This document shows positions 50,808 through 62,090 of a DNA stretch of 64,000 nt, in pieces (position 1 is the stretch's first letter; each line of letters starts with the position of its first letter). The stretch lies in IMG/VR virus record IMGVR_UViG_3300029305_012082, positions 40,688 to 104,687 of that record; one strand, written 5' to 3'. This DNA comes from a virus. Lineage: Duplodnaviria > Caudoviricetes. The position numbers and the translations under genes are program-made. The notes beneath the pieces are model-generated. The model made no database searches and was not told the DNA's origin. It saw only the letters and a list, made by a program, of their open reading frames with translations.

Positions 50808-51632
50808 TGCGATTTGCATTCAAAGTATTTTATCGAACTGATCGTTCCCGCAAAGAAGGGAAATTTCAATATAAGCTGGTTCGTGCAAGAAACCATATCG
50901 AAGCCTGCGAGAAGTTCATGCAGAAATACCCGCATTTGCCTACTCCACTCTATGCAGTCTAAAGGGGTGAAAACTCGGTGGAAGAAAAAAGCAACGTAAG
51001 GACAGTCCGCTATATTGGAACTCATAATTGCGAAGACCTGTATCGATGCATCGACAACGGGCGTGTGTATATCAGACAGACACTGAACACTTCCAACCCG
51101 GTCGGGCTTGTCCGATGGTTGACCACCAGCAAATGGTCTGGAGGATATGAAGCAAACTGCCCCATCAAATGTGGTATCACAATGCGAGTGATTGATAGGA
51201 AGCGCAATGTGCTTTTCGAAGAAACGGTCGAAAACATTGATGGAGTGTTTGCCGGGAAAGCAGCAGTGAAAAAAGGCAATTCAATGAGCGAGGAAATTGC
51301 TAATCATGCCAATCGCCTAAAAAAAGAACTCGGCTTGAACCTGCTGAGTTACGAGGCATGGAAGAAAACTATGATGGACGATGCTAAGCATCATGGTTTC
51401 ACTGGATATTCGGATAACTGGCTGTATCCGGAATCCGACTATATGGAGAAGAGCATCATCCAGACTTTTGAAATGCTAGGTGTGCCGGCAGCACTCTCTT
51501 GCCAAAGGGCGAGACATCGTATTTCCAAAAGAATGTATCTTTGTTATGAAATCATAGATTTGAAAGATAATCTCACCTTTGATCTTTTGGGATATGAAGA
51601 TTATGGGATCTATGAATAATTTTTCGATCAAA

Positions 51633-51650
51633 TTTTACCGATCGGTAAAA
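51633..51650. promoter_or_regulatory. Palindrome TTTTACCGATCGGTAAAA
   Basis: Perfect 18-bp palindrome immediately before the GGAGG RBS of 51667. Confidence 0.7.
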
Positions 51651-52931
51651 ATGGGAGGAGAACACATGGAAAGAAACTGGAGACTTGGAGACGACCTTCT
51701 TCCGAGCGACAACATTCTCGACGGCCTTACCTTTGATGATCTGATTTTGGCAACCAGACACACGAGTGTCGTAAACCCGAAAACGGTCAGGGAGAACCTG
51801 AAGGATATGCTCGAAGGAAGGCTGGAGGATATGTGGTTCCTGGTCGAGAACAACATGGACATCATCATCCAGGCTGCACTGAAAGGAAGAGGTTAAATGG
51901 AACGAAAGAAAATCGTCATCACCGAAGAAAAGTATGCACCGGTTCTAAAAACAGGAGATCGTTTCGTTGCAAAATCCAAAGGACGTCCCGAAACGGAATT
52001 TGAATTCGTTGGATTCTCTCCGTTCAACAACTGCAAGTGCCAATACATCATCCTCAAGAATATCGAAACCGGAAACCACCTTGGCGTAGAACGCCTTTGG
52101 TTTGACGAGACGTACTGCGGAAGAAAAATCACCCTAGTAAAGGAGGGAGAAGATTGAAATATTGCAACTGCCTAACGTGTGACGCCTACTTCGAGATGAA
52201 GAAAGCCGAAAGAAGAAAGGGCAGATGGTATGCAAGTTGTCCTGATTGCGGCTGTTTGGCGGAAATCGACATTGACGACTATGTAGTCCCCACCGGGACA
52301 TACGTCAAAATCTCGCCCAATCATTATGGCGAGATCGTCAAATGCAGTCACAAAAATGCAAAGGACTACTCCGAGATCCTTTACCTTGTCTTGCTTGAAG
52401 ACGATGGAGAAGAAAGCACGTTCTGGGCAAAACGAAGCGATTTTACTCTTGCTGAGGACTGGCGCAAGATCCGGAGAGATGAAAATGGTTTCCACAGGGT
52501 ATGCCATTATCCGGCAAACCAAGAATACAGCAATGTCCCGTGCTATAACTGCGCCGATCGCGCAAAGTGCAGCTACGATATTTATGCTCAGCTAAATGCT
52601 TATGAAGAATCGGACATGCAGCCGGATCTATGCCAGAAGTACGGTCGCCTCAACAAGGAACTCAGGAAATCGGGGCTGACATTTGCGGGTCTCATGGAAA
52701 TGATCGCAGCACACAAGGCTGGAGAGTTGTACAAGCTTCCGTGTCCCATCGGAGGAACCCTATGGAGAGTGCGGTCTCAGGAAAGTAGGCGCGGATGCAA
52801 AAGAACGTATTTTGTCCAGCCCATTACGTTCAACCAGCACAATCTTTTCAAGATCGTGTTCGGTGGCGAATTAAACACCGTTGTCTTTGCAAGCAAAGAC
52901 GATGCAAAAAATAGACTGGAGGAACTGAAAA

Positions 52932-53528
52932 TTGAAGACAAAAATTCTGGGCATTAAGGGTGGTTGGCAGGAGGTCGTTGACAACTGCCGCGCAACTGTA
53001 TCAAAGCCTCCGCTCGGTAAAGAACCGAGTGAAGACTTCAAGAGAAAAATCCTGCTCTCCGAACATTCGCCTATCCGTTGCATCTCCGTTCACTGGATCT
53101 GGAACGGCATCAAATCTTGGATTGCAACACACTGGAGCAGACATAAGTGGGAATGCTTCATTTCGACTCAAAGAACAGACAGAACTGGAGTTAATCGGGA
53201 TCAGCTCACTCAGGACAACCCTGTGACCTTCACAGGTGAAGCGAATGTGCAGCAGCTAATCGACACATGGCGCAAGCGTCTCTGCTATCAAGCGTCCGAG
53301 GAAACCCGCAAGTATGCAGAGGATTTCAAAGAAGCTCTCCACGATCTCGAACCTGAGATTTCTGATGTATTAGTCCCGAATTGCGTTTATCGAGGAGGCT
53401 GTCCCGAACTCACCTGCTGCGGTTATTATCAAAAGCTTCTTAGAATGAACCCGGATTGTGCTTCTTCTGATCTTCGGAAACGATACGAAGCCTATAACGA
53501 GATGTTCCGGAACGGGAAAGGTAGATAA
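52932..53528 (+). CDS. thyX: Flavin-dependent thymidylate synthase (ThyX-like)
   Basis: EHSPI, IATHWSRH...STQR.DR (variant RHRxxSxxxxSxR), RKRLCYQAS.E.R and P.CVYRGGCPE. Confidence 0.75.
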   Translation: MKTKILGIKGGWQEVVDNCRATVSKPPLGKEPSEDFKRKILLSEHSPIRCISVHWIWNGIKSWIATHWSRHKWECFISTQRTDRTGVNRDQLTQDNPVTFTGEANVQQLIDTWRKRLCYQASEETRKYAEDFKEALHDLEPEISDVLVPNCVYRGGCPELTCCGYYQKLLRMNPDCASSDLRKRYEAYNEMFRNGKGR

Positions 53529-54104
53529 AGGCGTAATATGAGACTAATAAAATGCCCGAAGTGCAAATCTTTTGTAACAACCGAGGACAACCTGCAGCAG
53601 CAAATGTTTGCAGAAGTTAGCCGTTTGTCAGAGCTTGCCAGAAAGGACAAGAAAAACGCTGCAGCTTATTTGTCGGAAGCGAAAACAATCCGGAAAATTC
53701 TATCACAGACCATTCATCTTTCAGCACAGCTGGATGAAGAACGGTCGAGGCTGGCGAACGAACTCAAAGTTATCGTCCATTACCTGCTTGACAATCACCT
53801 TATTACACAAGAAAAGTTAGACGAGCTGAATAATATTGCAAGATCACACGCTGCAGAAAATCAGAGAAAAGCTTCTGATCGCATGCAGGAACTCTACGGC
53901 GATTTCAACAATATTATGTCCAACCGCAGCAAATCCGACCCTACAGCTGACAGAGCAATCAGACAGTCTCAGAGGAAAAAACCATGACAGGCGCAATCTT
54001 CCGGCTTTGTGGGGGTGCATTTGTATTTTGTGATGGGATGTGTCAATCTTGCCCGAGAATGCAGTTCAACACAATAAACGAAACACAAGAGGAGAATATT
54101 CGAT

Positions 54105-54716
54105 ATGACCAATAAAAGAGTACAAGAACAGGCATATTGTCAATTGACCCTCACTAAGGAGCAAGCAGACATTTTGCAAAAAGCCTGCGAGATGTATGCC
54201 AGAGTCAGGATGGGGCAGTTCTCAGAAATAATTTGGTGCTTACTTGATATCAAGACACCAACTGAAGAGTATTGCAAGAGACGAGATGAAGCTGAACGAC
54301 TGTTGTATGAAGCCCGTAAACATATCTATCCTGACCTTTTTGGGAGAGGTCACTCCTATGGAATTGGAAAATTTGAAGATGCTGACATAGCCTTTGATAT
54401 CCATCAAGTCCTAAGATATAAAAAAGGGGACCAGAGAGAACCGTTCAGCTACAGACATCTTCCCGAAGTCAAATTGCTTTGCTGTGAGAATAAGACGGAG
54501 AATGGAGATGAAGAGAAACCCAACATCAACAAGATGACCGCTGAAGAAATAAATTCAGTTACAGGAATTGGACCTACTAAGAGTTTGCAGATTGTCAGAG
54601 CCAGAAAGCACTGGCTTCATACAATTGAAGCTGCTGAAGATCTTCTTAAAATAGGGGGCATCGGACACATTACTGTCATGAAAATTGCTGAGAAAGTGAG
54701 GTTCGGTACAAAATGA
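54105..54716 (+). CDS. Protein with a C-terminal ComEA-like helix-hairpin-helix domain
   Basis: NINKMTAEEINSVTGIGPTKSLQIV...EDLLKIGGIG. Confidence 0.7.
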   Translation: MTNKRVQEQAYCQLTLTKEQADILQKACEMYARVRMGQFSEIIWCLLDIKTPTEEYCKRRDEAERLLYEARKHIYPDLFGRGHSYGIGKFEDADIAFDIHQVLRYKKGDQREPFSYRHLPEVKLLCCENKTENGDEEKPNINKMTAEEINSVTGIGPTKSLQIVRARKHWLHTIEAAEDLLKIGGIGHITVMKIAEKVRFGTK

Positions 54717-55233
54717 CTACGGAAGAAGTAGCATTCATTCTGCAAATCATAAAAAAAGAAATTGGTGCTATGTATGAAACTCCATATCCTAACAACCACG
54801 GGATCCATATGCTTCATCGACGAGAAAAAGCCTTGGATTTTGCGATTGAAGCCGTTTCAGAGAAAAGCGAAAGTGATAAAAACCTTCCCATCGAACTGAG
54901 CGTCCTCAAAAGCATGAAGTGGGAACCAGTGTGGCTAGAACATTACTTACGGCATTCAGACAGAATTGAGACTTACGGTGGTTGGGCCATCGTTGATGGA
55001 GACTATGCTTGCACTCTGAAGCATCTCGATCCGGAACAGTTCGTTGTATTTTCAAAAAGTAATGGTCAGCAACTGTTCATGAAAACAAAAGAATTTGGAA
55101 TGCCTCAAAAGCATCTAGACATTGGCTGGCTTGCGTATAGACGTGAGCCAGATGGAATTTGCAAAACAAAACACGGAGAGATTTACGGGCGAAGAACTCT
55201 GACTCTTGACTATGTTGATAAGCAGGTAAACGC

Positions 55234-55497
55234 ATGAAAGCAAGTAAAGAAGACCCCAAAACTCCTAGGAACTTTTCCGACAAGACAATGGAATTATACC
55301 ATGCAGAAGTCGTATTAGAATTTGCCGAAAACGACATGAACGGTGCGAGAACATCGAACGCACTGAAGTTGCAAGGGAAACGAATATATTACATTCTTGA
55401 TTCCATACGAGATGCAACAAGTCTTGATCCGAGAAAATTCGAAGACTTGCGAACCCTTGTCGAAATAGCTAAAACAACTCTCTACAAATCTAGATGA
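55234..55497 (+). CDS. Stand-alone PucR C-terminal-like HTH
   Basis: FAENDMN...TSNAL......IYY.LD.I...T.LDPRKFEDL. Confidence 0.55.
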   Translation: MKASKEDPKTPRNFSDKTMELYHAEVVLEFAENDMNGARTSNALKLQGKRIYYILDSIRDATSLDPRKFEDLRTLVEIAKTTLYKSR

Positions 55498-57469
55498 TGA
55501 TATGAGACTAAAAAAAGAGTTAATCCAATTTCACAAGCAGGGCCGTTGTGGGCAGACACGACCGTTAGGAGGCGCGATGAAGAAAGAAAATTGCAGATCA
55601 GATGATCTTCGCACTTGCAAAAAATGTTTTCATTGGATTCTGGCAGATCTTTTAAGAAGAGAGCAGGAACGAAACACGCAGTCACCAAAGCTTCAAATCA
55701 CAAACTCAATGGTGAAAAACATGGACAGGTGCTGCACATGCAGAAACTCCAGCAATTTTCAAGAAGCTCCGCAGACGCTGACGGATGCAAGAATCTTACT
55801 TAGGAGATGGACTTTTAATGGAGAGTAGAACTGTAAGTTTTGGCTACAAGTCAATTGGGAATTTCGTTCGGTTGATTTCGACAATAAGGTTCGAAAAAAG
55901 CCATACTGCGAGAGAAATAGCGATTTGGCACGAGCGATTTGATGACGAAGACGGGGATGACCTTTTTGAACAGTTCCTTGCTGATCTTTACCCGGAAGGC
56001 AAGACAATTGAGCCAGAAGATGTTGACACTATTGTCAATTGCGCTATGCGGTTTCTCATGAAAGACGATAAGACCAGACAGATTAGAAACCGATACACCA
56101 AATTTGATAATGTCTACTGGGTGTATTTCAAGCCGGATGACATTGTTTATCCCTGCGGTTATGCCAAACATGCAGAAAAAGTACGGGAGATATGCAGGGA
56201 TTTCTTCAAGGATTTTGACGAAATTGATCCCGATTTCCTTCAAAAGTTCATCCTTGAGAACATCGAAATCTGTTCTGATAATTCGACAATCGAAAGAATT
56301 GCAAAAGACAGCCGCTATATGTGCATTACAATTCTTCTAGACAAGGACATGGAAGAAGAGGCAAACCGAAAAATAAAGGCAGGTGAATTGTAATGCAAAA
56401 CGACCTGATTTCCCGAAGTGCGCTTGGGATTGGCAAATGCAAGCCAGAAGTGTTTGAAAATAAGGCGTATGCTGACGGCTGGAATTCTGCCATTGCAGTC
56501 ATTGAAAACGCCCCTGCCGTTGATGCTGTAGTGCTTCCGATTGGTAGACCGGGCGGTTATCTGGAATGGGACGACGGGGTTGGACACAGACAAATTTTCC
56601 GCATCCATTCCATTATGATTTGCGAGGATTGTATGCGGTACGAACTTTCTGGCTTTTCGCCCGTTGTGGATCACAAAGGAATTGTGCGGATTTTAAGCCC
56701 GGAAGACGTAGAAACGCTGGTAAAAGAGAGAGGGAAAGCGTGGAAATATGTGTGGTGTGAGGACGACAATAAAACCGAAAAAGGAACGGAGGGCTGACAA
56801 TGAAGTGTCCGTATAACGACTTCAAGGAATGCTTCAAAGAAGATTGTGCCGCATGGAAACTCGTTCCAGACCCCAAAAATAGAGGTTATCTGATCCGTGT
56901 ATGTGCCATTGCTTACGATGGTGGCGTTCCGAATAATGCCAGGAGGGATGACGATGGCTGACATTATCATTCACAAGCAAGATGACATTTCGGATTATGA
57001 TGCCTTGCTCCATGTGCAAACAGTTATTCGTGACGGCAGGGTGGCAGGGAACGGCACTTGCTATTGTTATGTGACAAAGTTCAGTGATGGTTTCTATGTG
57101 TATGCCGACAAAAGGAAAGCGGATATTTTCACGGTAAGGAGGGCGGACGATGGTAATATTTCCTGAACTCAAAAAAATCGCCGAACTTAACGACAAAATC
57201 AGGCGACTGGCGAAAACTGTTGGCGAAAAGATCGATGCGGATGGATTGTATCTCGAAAATGCTCGTCTGATTTCCGGATGCACAACAGATGGAAAGCACT
57301 TGTACCAAGACGACGGCAGGCTTGACAATTGCGGTTTGGTCGACAATCTGTACTACTGTGACCAGCACACAGGCTATTGTGAGGATTACTTTTACGGAAC
57401 GCTGTACTTCAAGACGGATGTTCCGGGGCAGTATGTGGCTGTCCCGTTCGATATGTAGGAGGGCACACG

Positions 57470-57814
57470 ATGGCATTTTCAAAGAAAGTCCGTGAAGCCG
57501 TCTATGCTAAGTACAACGGTCATTGCGCTTACTGCGGAAGAAAAATTGCATACAAAGATATGCAAGTAGACCATTTTGTAGCAAAGCGAGGATGGAACGA
57601 TAGCGGAAGCGATGACATTTCCAACCTCATGCCAGCCTGTCGGATGTGCAACCATTACAAGAGGGCACACACTCTTGAGGTGTTCAGACAGTATATTGCA
57701 GAAATTCCACGAAAACTGCGAGAGAACTATATCTACAAGGTCGGCGTTGCATATGGAAACATAATCGAAAACGAGAAACCGATTGTGTTTTACTTTGAGA
57801 AGATGGAGGCTTGA
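57470..57814 (+). CDS. HNH endonuclease
   Basis: CAYCG, QVDH and NLMPACRMCNHYK. Confidence 0.85.
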   Translation: MAFSKKVREAVYAKYNGHCAYCGRKIAYKDMQVDHFVAKRGWNDSGSDDISNLMPACRMCNHYKRAHTLEVFRQYIAEIPRKLRENYIYKVGVAYGNIIENEKPIVFYFEKMEA

Positions 57815-57816
57815 CG

Positions 57817-58290
57817 ATGGCAGAAGTAAGGCTGATTGAACATCGCCCTTTCTACCTTGAACCTTGGCATGGTAGCTATCGTTCTATGATGGATCGTTGT
57901 TATCGTAAAAAAGCAAAAAACTATCCATCATACGGAGGTCGTGGTATTAAGGTCTGCGAGGAATGGCATAGCGTGGAAAACTTCTCCGAGTGGGTGCAGA
58001 AAAGCGACTTTTCTAAAGGAATGACTTTAGAACGCAAGGATGTGAATGGTGACTATTGCCCGGAAAACTGCATCTGGGCAACACCAAAACAGCAAGCAAA
58101 TAATCGCAGAAATACAGTGTTCATTGAATACAACGGCGAAAGTCACACGATCAGCGAGTGGGCGGAGTTGCTTGGTATCAAGAGAAGCACACTCAGCAAC
58201 AGATACTATCACGGACAATCTCTGGACGACATTTTTTCAAAAGAACTCTTGTATTCTCGTTGTGGCAAAAAGAAAGGGGTAGGAGCATGA
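57817..58290 (+). CDS. HNH-like homing endonuclease
   Basis: M..RC, YGGRGIKVCEEW and TLERKDVNGDYCPENC.WAT..QQANN. Confidence 0.75.
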   Translation: MAEVRLIEHRPFYLEPWHGSYRSMMDRCYRKKAKNYPSYGGRGIKVCEEWHSVENFSEWVQKSDFSKGMTLERKDVNGDYCPENCIWATPKQQANNRRNTVFIEYNGESHTISEWAELLGIKRSTLSNRYYHGQSLDDIFSKELLYSRCGKKKGVGA

Positions 58291-58594
58291 GACTTATAGA
58301 TGCGGATGCGATGCTTGCCACGATTCGCCCTGACGCTGACGAGGATACCAAGAGTGCAGTGCTTCTGAGCGATGTAAAGAAGCTCTTTAGAAATGCGATT
58401 GCTAATGCTCCAACCATCGGCCCCGAAAGCCTGAGACCGCAGGGACGGTGGGCGAAGCGACAGACGAATGTTGGTGAAGAAACATATTGCACAGCTTGTG
58501 GTAAAGAAGCAGAAATCCTCCAAGATGGAGGCGGATGCGAATTGTTGTCAGATTACTGCCCCAATTGTGGATGTCGAATGGTGGAGGTGGAATA

Positions 58595-58939
58595 GTGTCT
58601 GGAATAAAAGGTTCAAATGCAGGTGAAAAGCATTACCGATATAAACACGGAGCAACCGGCACTAGATTGTTCAAAATCTGGCAGAGCATGAAGGAAAGGT
58701 GCTATCGTGAAAAGCACAAATATTTTGCAGATTATGGTGGTCGGGGAATTGCTGTTTGCGATGACTGGAGGTTTGATTTTTCTGCGTTTCGGGATTGGGC
58801 TATCAAAAACGGTTATCAAGATGGTTTGACCATAGACCGCATTGATCCGAATGGGAATTACGAGCCGACTAACTGTCAGTGGCTAACAAGAAGTGATAAC
58901 ACGAAAAAGGCATGGGCTGATAGGAGGAAGAATGCGTGA
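58595..58939 (+). CDS. HNH-like homing endonuclease (short)
   Basis: HGATGTRLFKIWQSMKERC, YGGRGIAVCDDW and TIDRIDPNGNYEPTNCQW. Confidence 0.75.
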   Translation: MSGIKGSNAGEKHYRYKHGATGTRLFKIWQSMKERCYREKHKYFADYGGRGIAVCDDWRFDFSAFRDWAIKNGYQDGLTIDRIDPNGNYEPTNCQWLTRSDNTKKAWADRRKNA

Positions 58940-59274
58940 ATAGCGACAAAGAAAAACTGATTGAGGTGCTTCAGTATGGGATGGACAAGTATTTTCTGCT
59001 GAAGTTTGAAGCGGAGATATTCGCCGAGCTGCTCATTGCCAACGGCGTGACCTTTGCGAAGGACACGAATGTCCCTAGCAAGTGGGTGCCCGTAACGGAG
59101 AGGTTGCCAAAAGAAAGCGGAATGTACATTGTCACTGCTTATGATGGACACGCAAAGCGGGTGACATTTGTAAAATGGCAAAAACGGAACAAACTGTGGG
59201 AACGCACAGGGGCAAGAAGCTATTGGAAGATTACCCACTGGATGCCGCTGCCGGAAGCACCGAAGGAGGAATGA
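58936..59274 (+). CDS. DUF551-like phage protein
   Basis: WVPVTERLP...ITHWMPLPEAP. Confidence 0.75.
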   Translation: MNSDKEKLIEVLQYGMDKYFLLKFEAEIFAELLIANGVTFAKDTNVPSKWVPVTERLPKESGMYIVTAYDGHAKRVTFVKWQKRNKLWERTGARSYWKITHWMPLPEAPKEE

Positions 59275-60231
59275 CCGTGTGTAACATCGCTCCGTTTCGA
59301 AAAAAATGTGAAAATGATACTTACGCTAAGGATCTGATTTCATGCAATTTACACCACTTATCCCACTATTGGCGGGAATTTCTCGGATCAATCCCTATCA
59401 TAAGAATGTTTGTTGAACCGTATTGTTGCCCCGGATACCGGGAGAAGGAGAACGAATGAAAAACGGATTCTTAATGACAATAGTAGCGAACGTAGTAATC
59501 ACTTTTGCTTGGATCTTTTTGGCTATCTACTTTGGGAAATGGTGGATCGCATTGTTCTCTGCCCTGTTTCTCCAAAGTACAAAAACAGAACGTAAGCACT
59601 ACCGCGTTTGCAATAAATGTGGACGGCACAGTCCTTATGCAAATTCTCACAACGACGCACTTGACAAAGCAAAGGCAGAAGGTTGGACTATCGTAAGGAA
59701 CGGTGATGAATTTGAAGACACCTGCCCAATCTGCAAGAAAGTTGAGGACAACAAATGGCTACGAATGTGAACAATGTCAGATATATTGATGCAATTGCTG
59801 CGGAACAAAACTTGTGGACCATTCTGAAAAGACATAGAAAAGAGCAGGGAGACCAGATGGGAGGCTGCTGAACTTGGTCCGTGAATGTGTTACTGCCATT
59901 AGAGAACATCCAACAATCGCAACTCCTCCAGACAAGCCCAATGGGAAATGGGTTAAGATCGAAAGCGAAGATCCTTCCCGCGTTAGACTTGCATGTTCCA
60001 TGTGCGGATTCGACGTCAGCCATCCTGTTAGAGAAATCACGCACATTCCTTTCTGCTGGAACTGTGGCACCCACATGCACCGAGAAAATGGAGGAAAGGA
60101 ATAATGGCAATTACCTTAGGTGGGGGAAGGTGGATTGAAAGTGACTTGTTTGATCCGGATGACGATCATGAAGAAATCTCCCCATATGATGACGACTACA
60201 TTCGAGAAGAATATCTTGAGGAGGAACTTTA

Positions 60232-60465
60232 ATGGGCCTAGATAATTGTCCTTTTTGCGGAAAACCCGGCAGAGTTAGAACACTATCCAACCAAACAAGT
60301 GGATTCGGTTTTGGATGCAGGTTTAGGATTGAATGCCACGAATGTCCGCATGTCGCCACCAAGAATTATGAAATAATCATGGAGCTTAAAAGTGATGGTA
60401 GTGTTGCTTTTGTAAAAGACGAAAGAAATGTAGCAATGGACACATGGAATAGGAGATCAAAGTGA
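60232..60465 (+). CDS. Lar-family restriction alleviation-like Zn-finger protein
   Basis: CPFCG...IEC..C...A...WNRR. Confidence 0.65.
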   Translation: MGLDNCPFCGKPGRVRTLSNQTSGFGFGCRFRIECHECPHVATKNYEIIMELKSDGSVAFVKDERNVAMDTWNRRSK

Positions 60466-60656
60466 TGATTGAAAATCTTAACCTCTCACTTAGAGCATAC
60501 AACGGCCTCAAACGTGCAGGAATCGATACAATAGAGGAATTGCTCAATGCCCCTGTGGAATATATTTTTTCAATCAGGGGGCTAGGAGAAAAATCAGTCG
60601 AGGAGATATACAGCAGGCTGAAGGAGGTGCATATAGATGAAACCGATACTGTTTAA
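60465..60656 (+). CDS. Stand-alone RNA polymerase alpha C-terminal domain homolog
   Basis: IENLNLSLRAYNGLKRAGIDTIEELL...IRGLGEKSVEEI matches the alpha-CTD consensus ([22 protein letters not shown]...NLGRKSLEEV). Confidence 0.8.
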   Translation: MIENLNLSLRAYNGLKRAGIDTIEELLNAPVEYIFSIRGLGEKSVEEIYSRLKEVHIDETDTV

Positions 60657-61335
60657 TTCAGAAATGGTTCTTGCCATCAAGAGAGGCCGGAAAACTGTTA
60701 CCAGACGGCTAGTGAAGCCTAGATACCGTGATGGAGAAGCATCGTTTGCCGTTGTTTTCGAAAAACACAGTGGAAAGTACGTCCGAATAGAATATCTAGA
60801 TGAGCATGACTGTGAAACCCGATACATGCGAGAACCATATAATCGCGGAGACATTCTATATGTTCGGGAAACATGGGCGGAAATGCCCTATGGTTTCGTT
60901 TATAAAGCAGATGACGAGGAGCCTGAGGGCTGGGATAGCTTAGACCGATGGAGACCTTCTATCCACATGCCAAAAGAGGCAGCAAGGCTTTTCCTAAGAG
61001 TTAAAAGCATCAGGGCAGAACAGCTCCAAGAGATCACAAATGAGCAGGCGCTCCAAGAAGGAGTTCCTGATGAATGGCCCATGAATGAGGTGTATTGTCC
61101 TGTCTGCAAAGGCGAGGGTATTGTAGGCTATTTCCATACGAAGACTCTGGGTCATATGAGCATTGATTGTCCGCACTGCAAGAACGCAGCAGATCGCTTC
61201 GGCCACCTGTGGGACAGTACGATTACGCAGGCCGACCTAGACTTTCACGGATGGACAGCAAATCCGTGGGTGTGGGTTATCGAGTTTGAAGTAATAACCA
61301 AAGAAGAAGCTATACACTATAACGAAACAGATTGA
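60637..61335 (+). CDS. ASCH/PUA-like phage protein with a Zn-ribbon insert
   Basis: MKPILFN.EMV.AI..GRKT.TRR, LYVRETW, WRPSIHMPKEAAR and W.ANPWVWVIEF; CPVCKG...CPHC insert. Confidence 0.7.
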   Translation: MKPILFNSEMVLAIKRGRKTVTRRLVKPRYRDGEASFAVVFEKHSGKYVRIEYLDEHDCETRYMREPYNRGDILYVRETWAEMPYGFVYKADDEEPEGWDSLDRWRPSIHMPKEAARLFLRVKSIRAEQLQEITNEQALQEGVPDEWPMNEVYCPVCKGEGIVGYFHTKTLGHMSIDCPHCKNAADRFGHLWDSTITQADLDFHGWTANPWVWVIEFEVITKEEAIHYNETD

Positions 61336-61337
61336 AT

Positions 61338-61562
61338 ATGAAAAAGAAATCACTTACTCAGAAACACCTCGAAACAATCTCAGTTTTCTCGCAATGCGAC
61401 ATGAAAGAGCGGCGAGCTGCCGCAAGTCTAGGAATCAACAGAAATGCGTTGAGATGCAGACTTCGAACGATAACAAAGCACAGCGGACTGAATCCGAAGT
61501 GTTTCTACGATCTGTGTGAACTGGTTGATATGATTGAGTCAAAACATCCACCCACAACATGA
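61338..61562 (+). CDS. Stand-alone PucR C-terminal-like HTH
   Basis: CDM....AA..L.INRNAL..RL..I...SGLNPKCFYDL. Confidence 0.55.
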   Translation: MKKKSLTQKHLETISVFSQCDMKERRAAASLGINRNALRCRLRTITKHSGLNPKCFYDLCELVDMIESKHPPTT

Positions 61563-61691
61563 ATGGCACAGATCTGTTTATCGAAGTGTGGTTAGTTTAT
61601 TTTTGCATAGGAATATAAGTGTAGTTTGAATTCTATCTACATATAATGCAATTATTCCGCCTAATAAGGCGGCTGCTGTTTATCAAATCCA

Positions 61692-61703
61692 TACCGATCG
61701 GTA
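61692..61703. promoter_or_regulatory. Palindrome core TACCGATCGGTA
   Basis: Intergenic; read directly. Confidence 0.6.
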
Positions 61704-62090
61704 AACTTCTTTCGAAAATCAAAGTGCTATTTCAGTTTCGGAGGAAACAGTATGAATTATTATGAAATCTTCGATGCCAAAACTGGGGTGCTAATTGCGA
61801 AAGGAAATGCTAGAGAATGCAAAAAGATCTTAGGGTGCTCTAGCATCGATGGATTTTACGCACTAGCCAACAGATCAAGACGTGGTATCAATAAAAAGTA
61901 CAGAGCAGTCATTAAGAAGGGTGGGGAAGTAGACTACCCTGTTCTGGGGAAAGATGATCCGAAATGGGAGGAGTGAAATAATGAATGTTGTATTTCTTGG
62001 CTACGACGGAGTAGTCAACATTCTAATGCGGAACTGGGCTGTCTACAGCAGTGCAGCTTCATCAAAAATTTAACTGCGAGGAGAAAAAGA

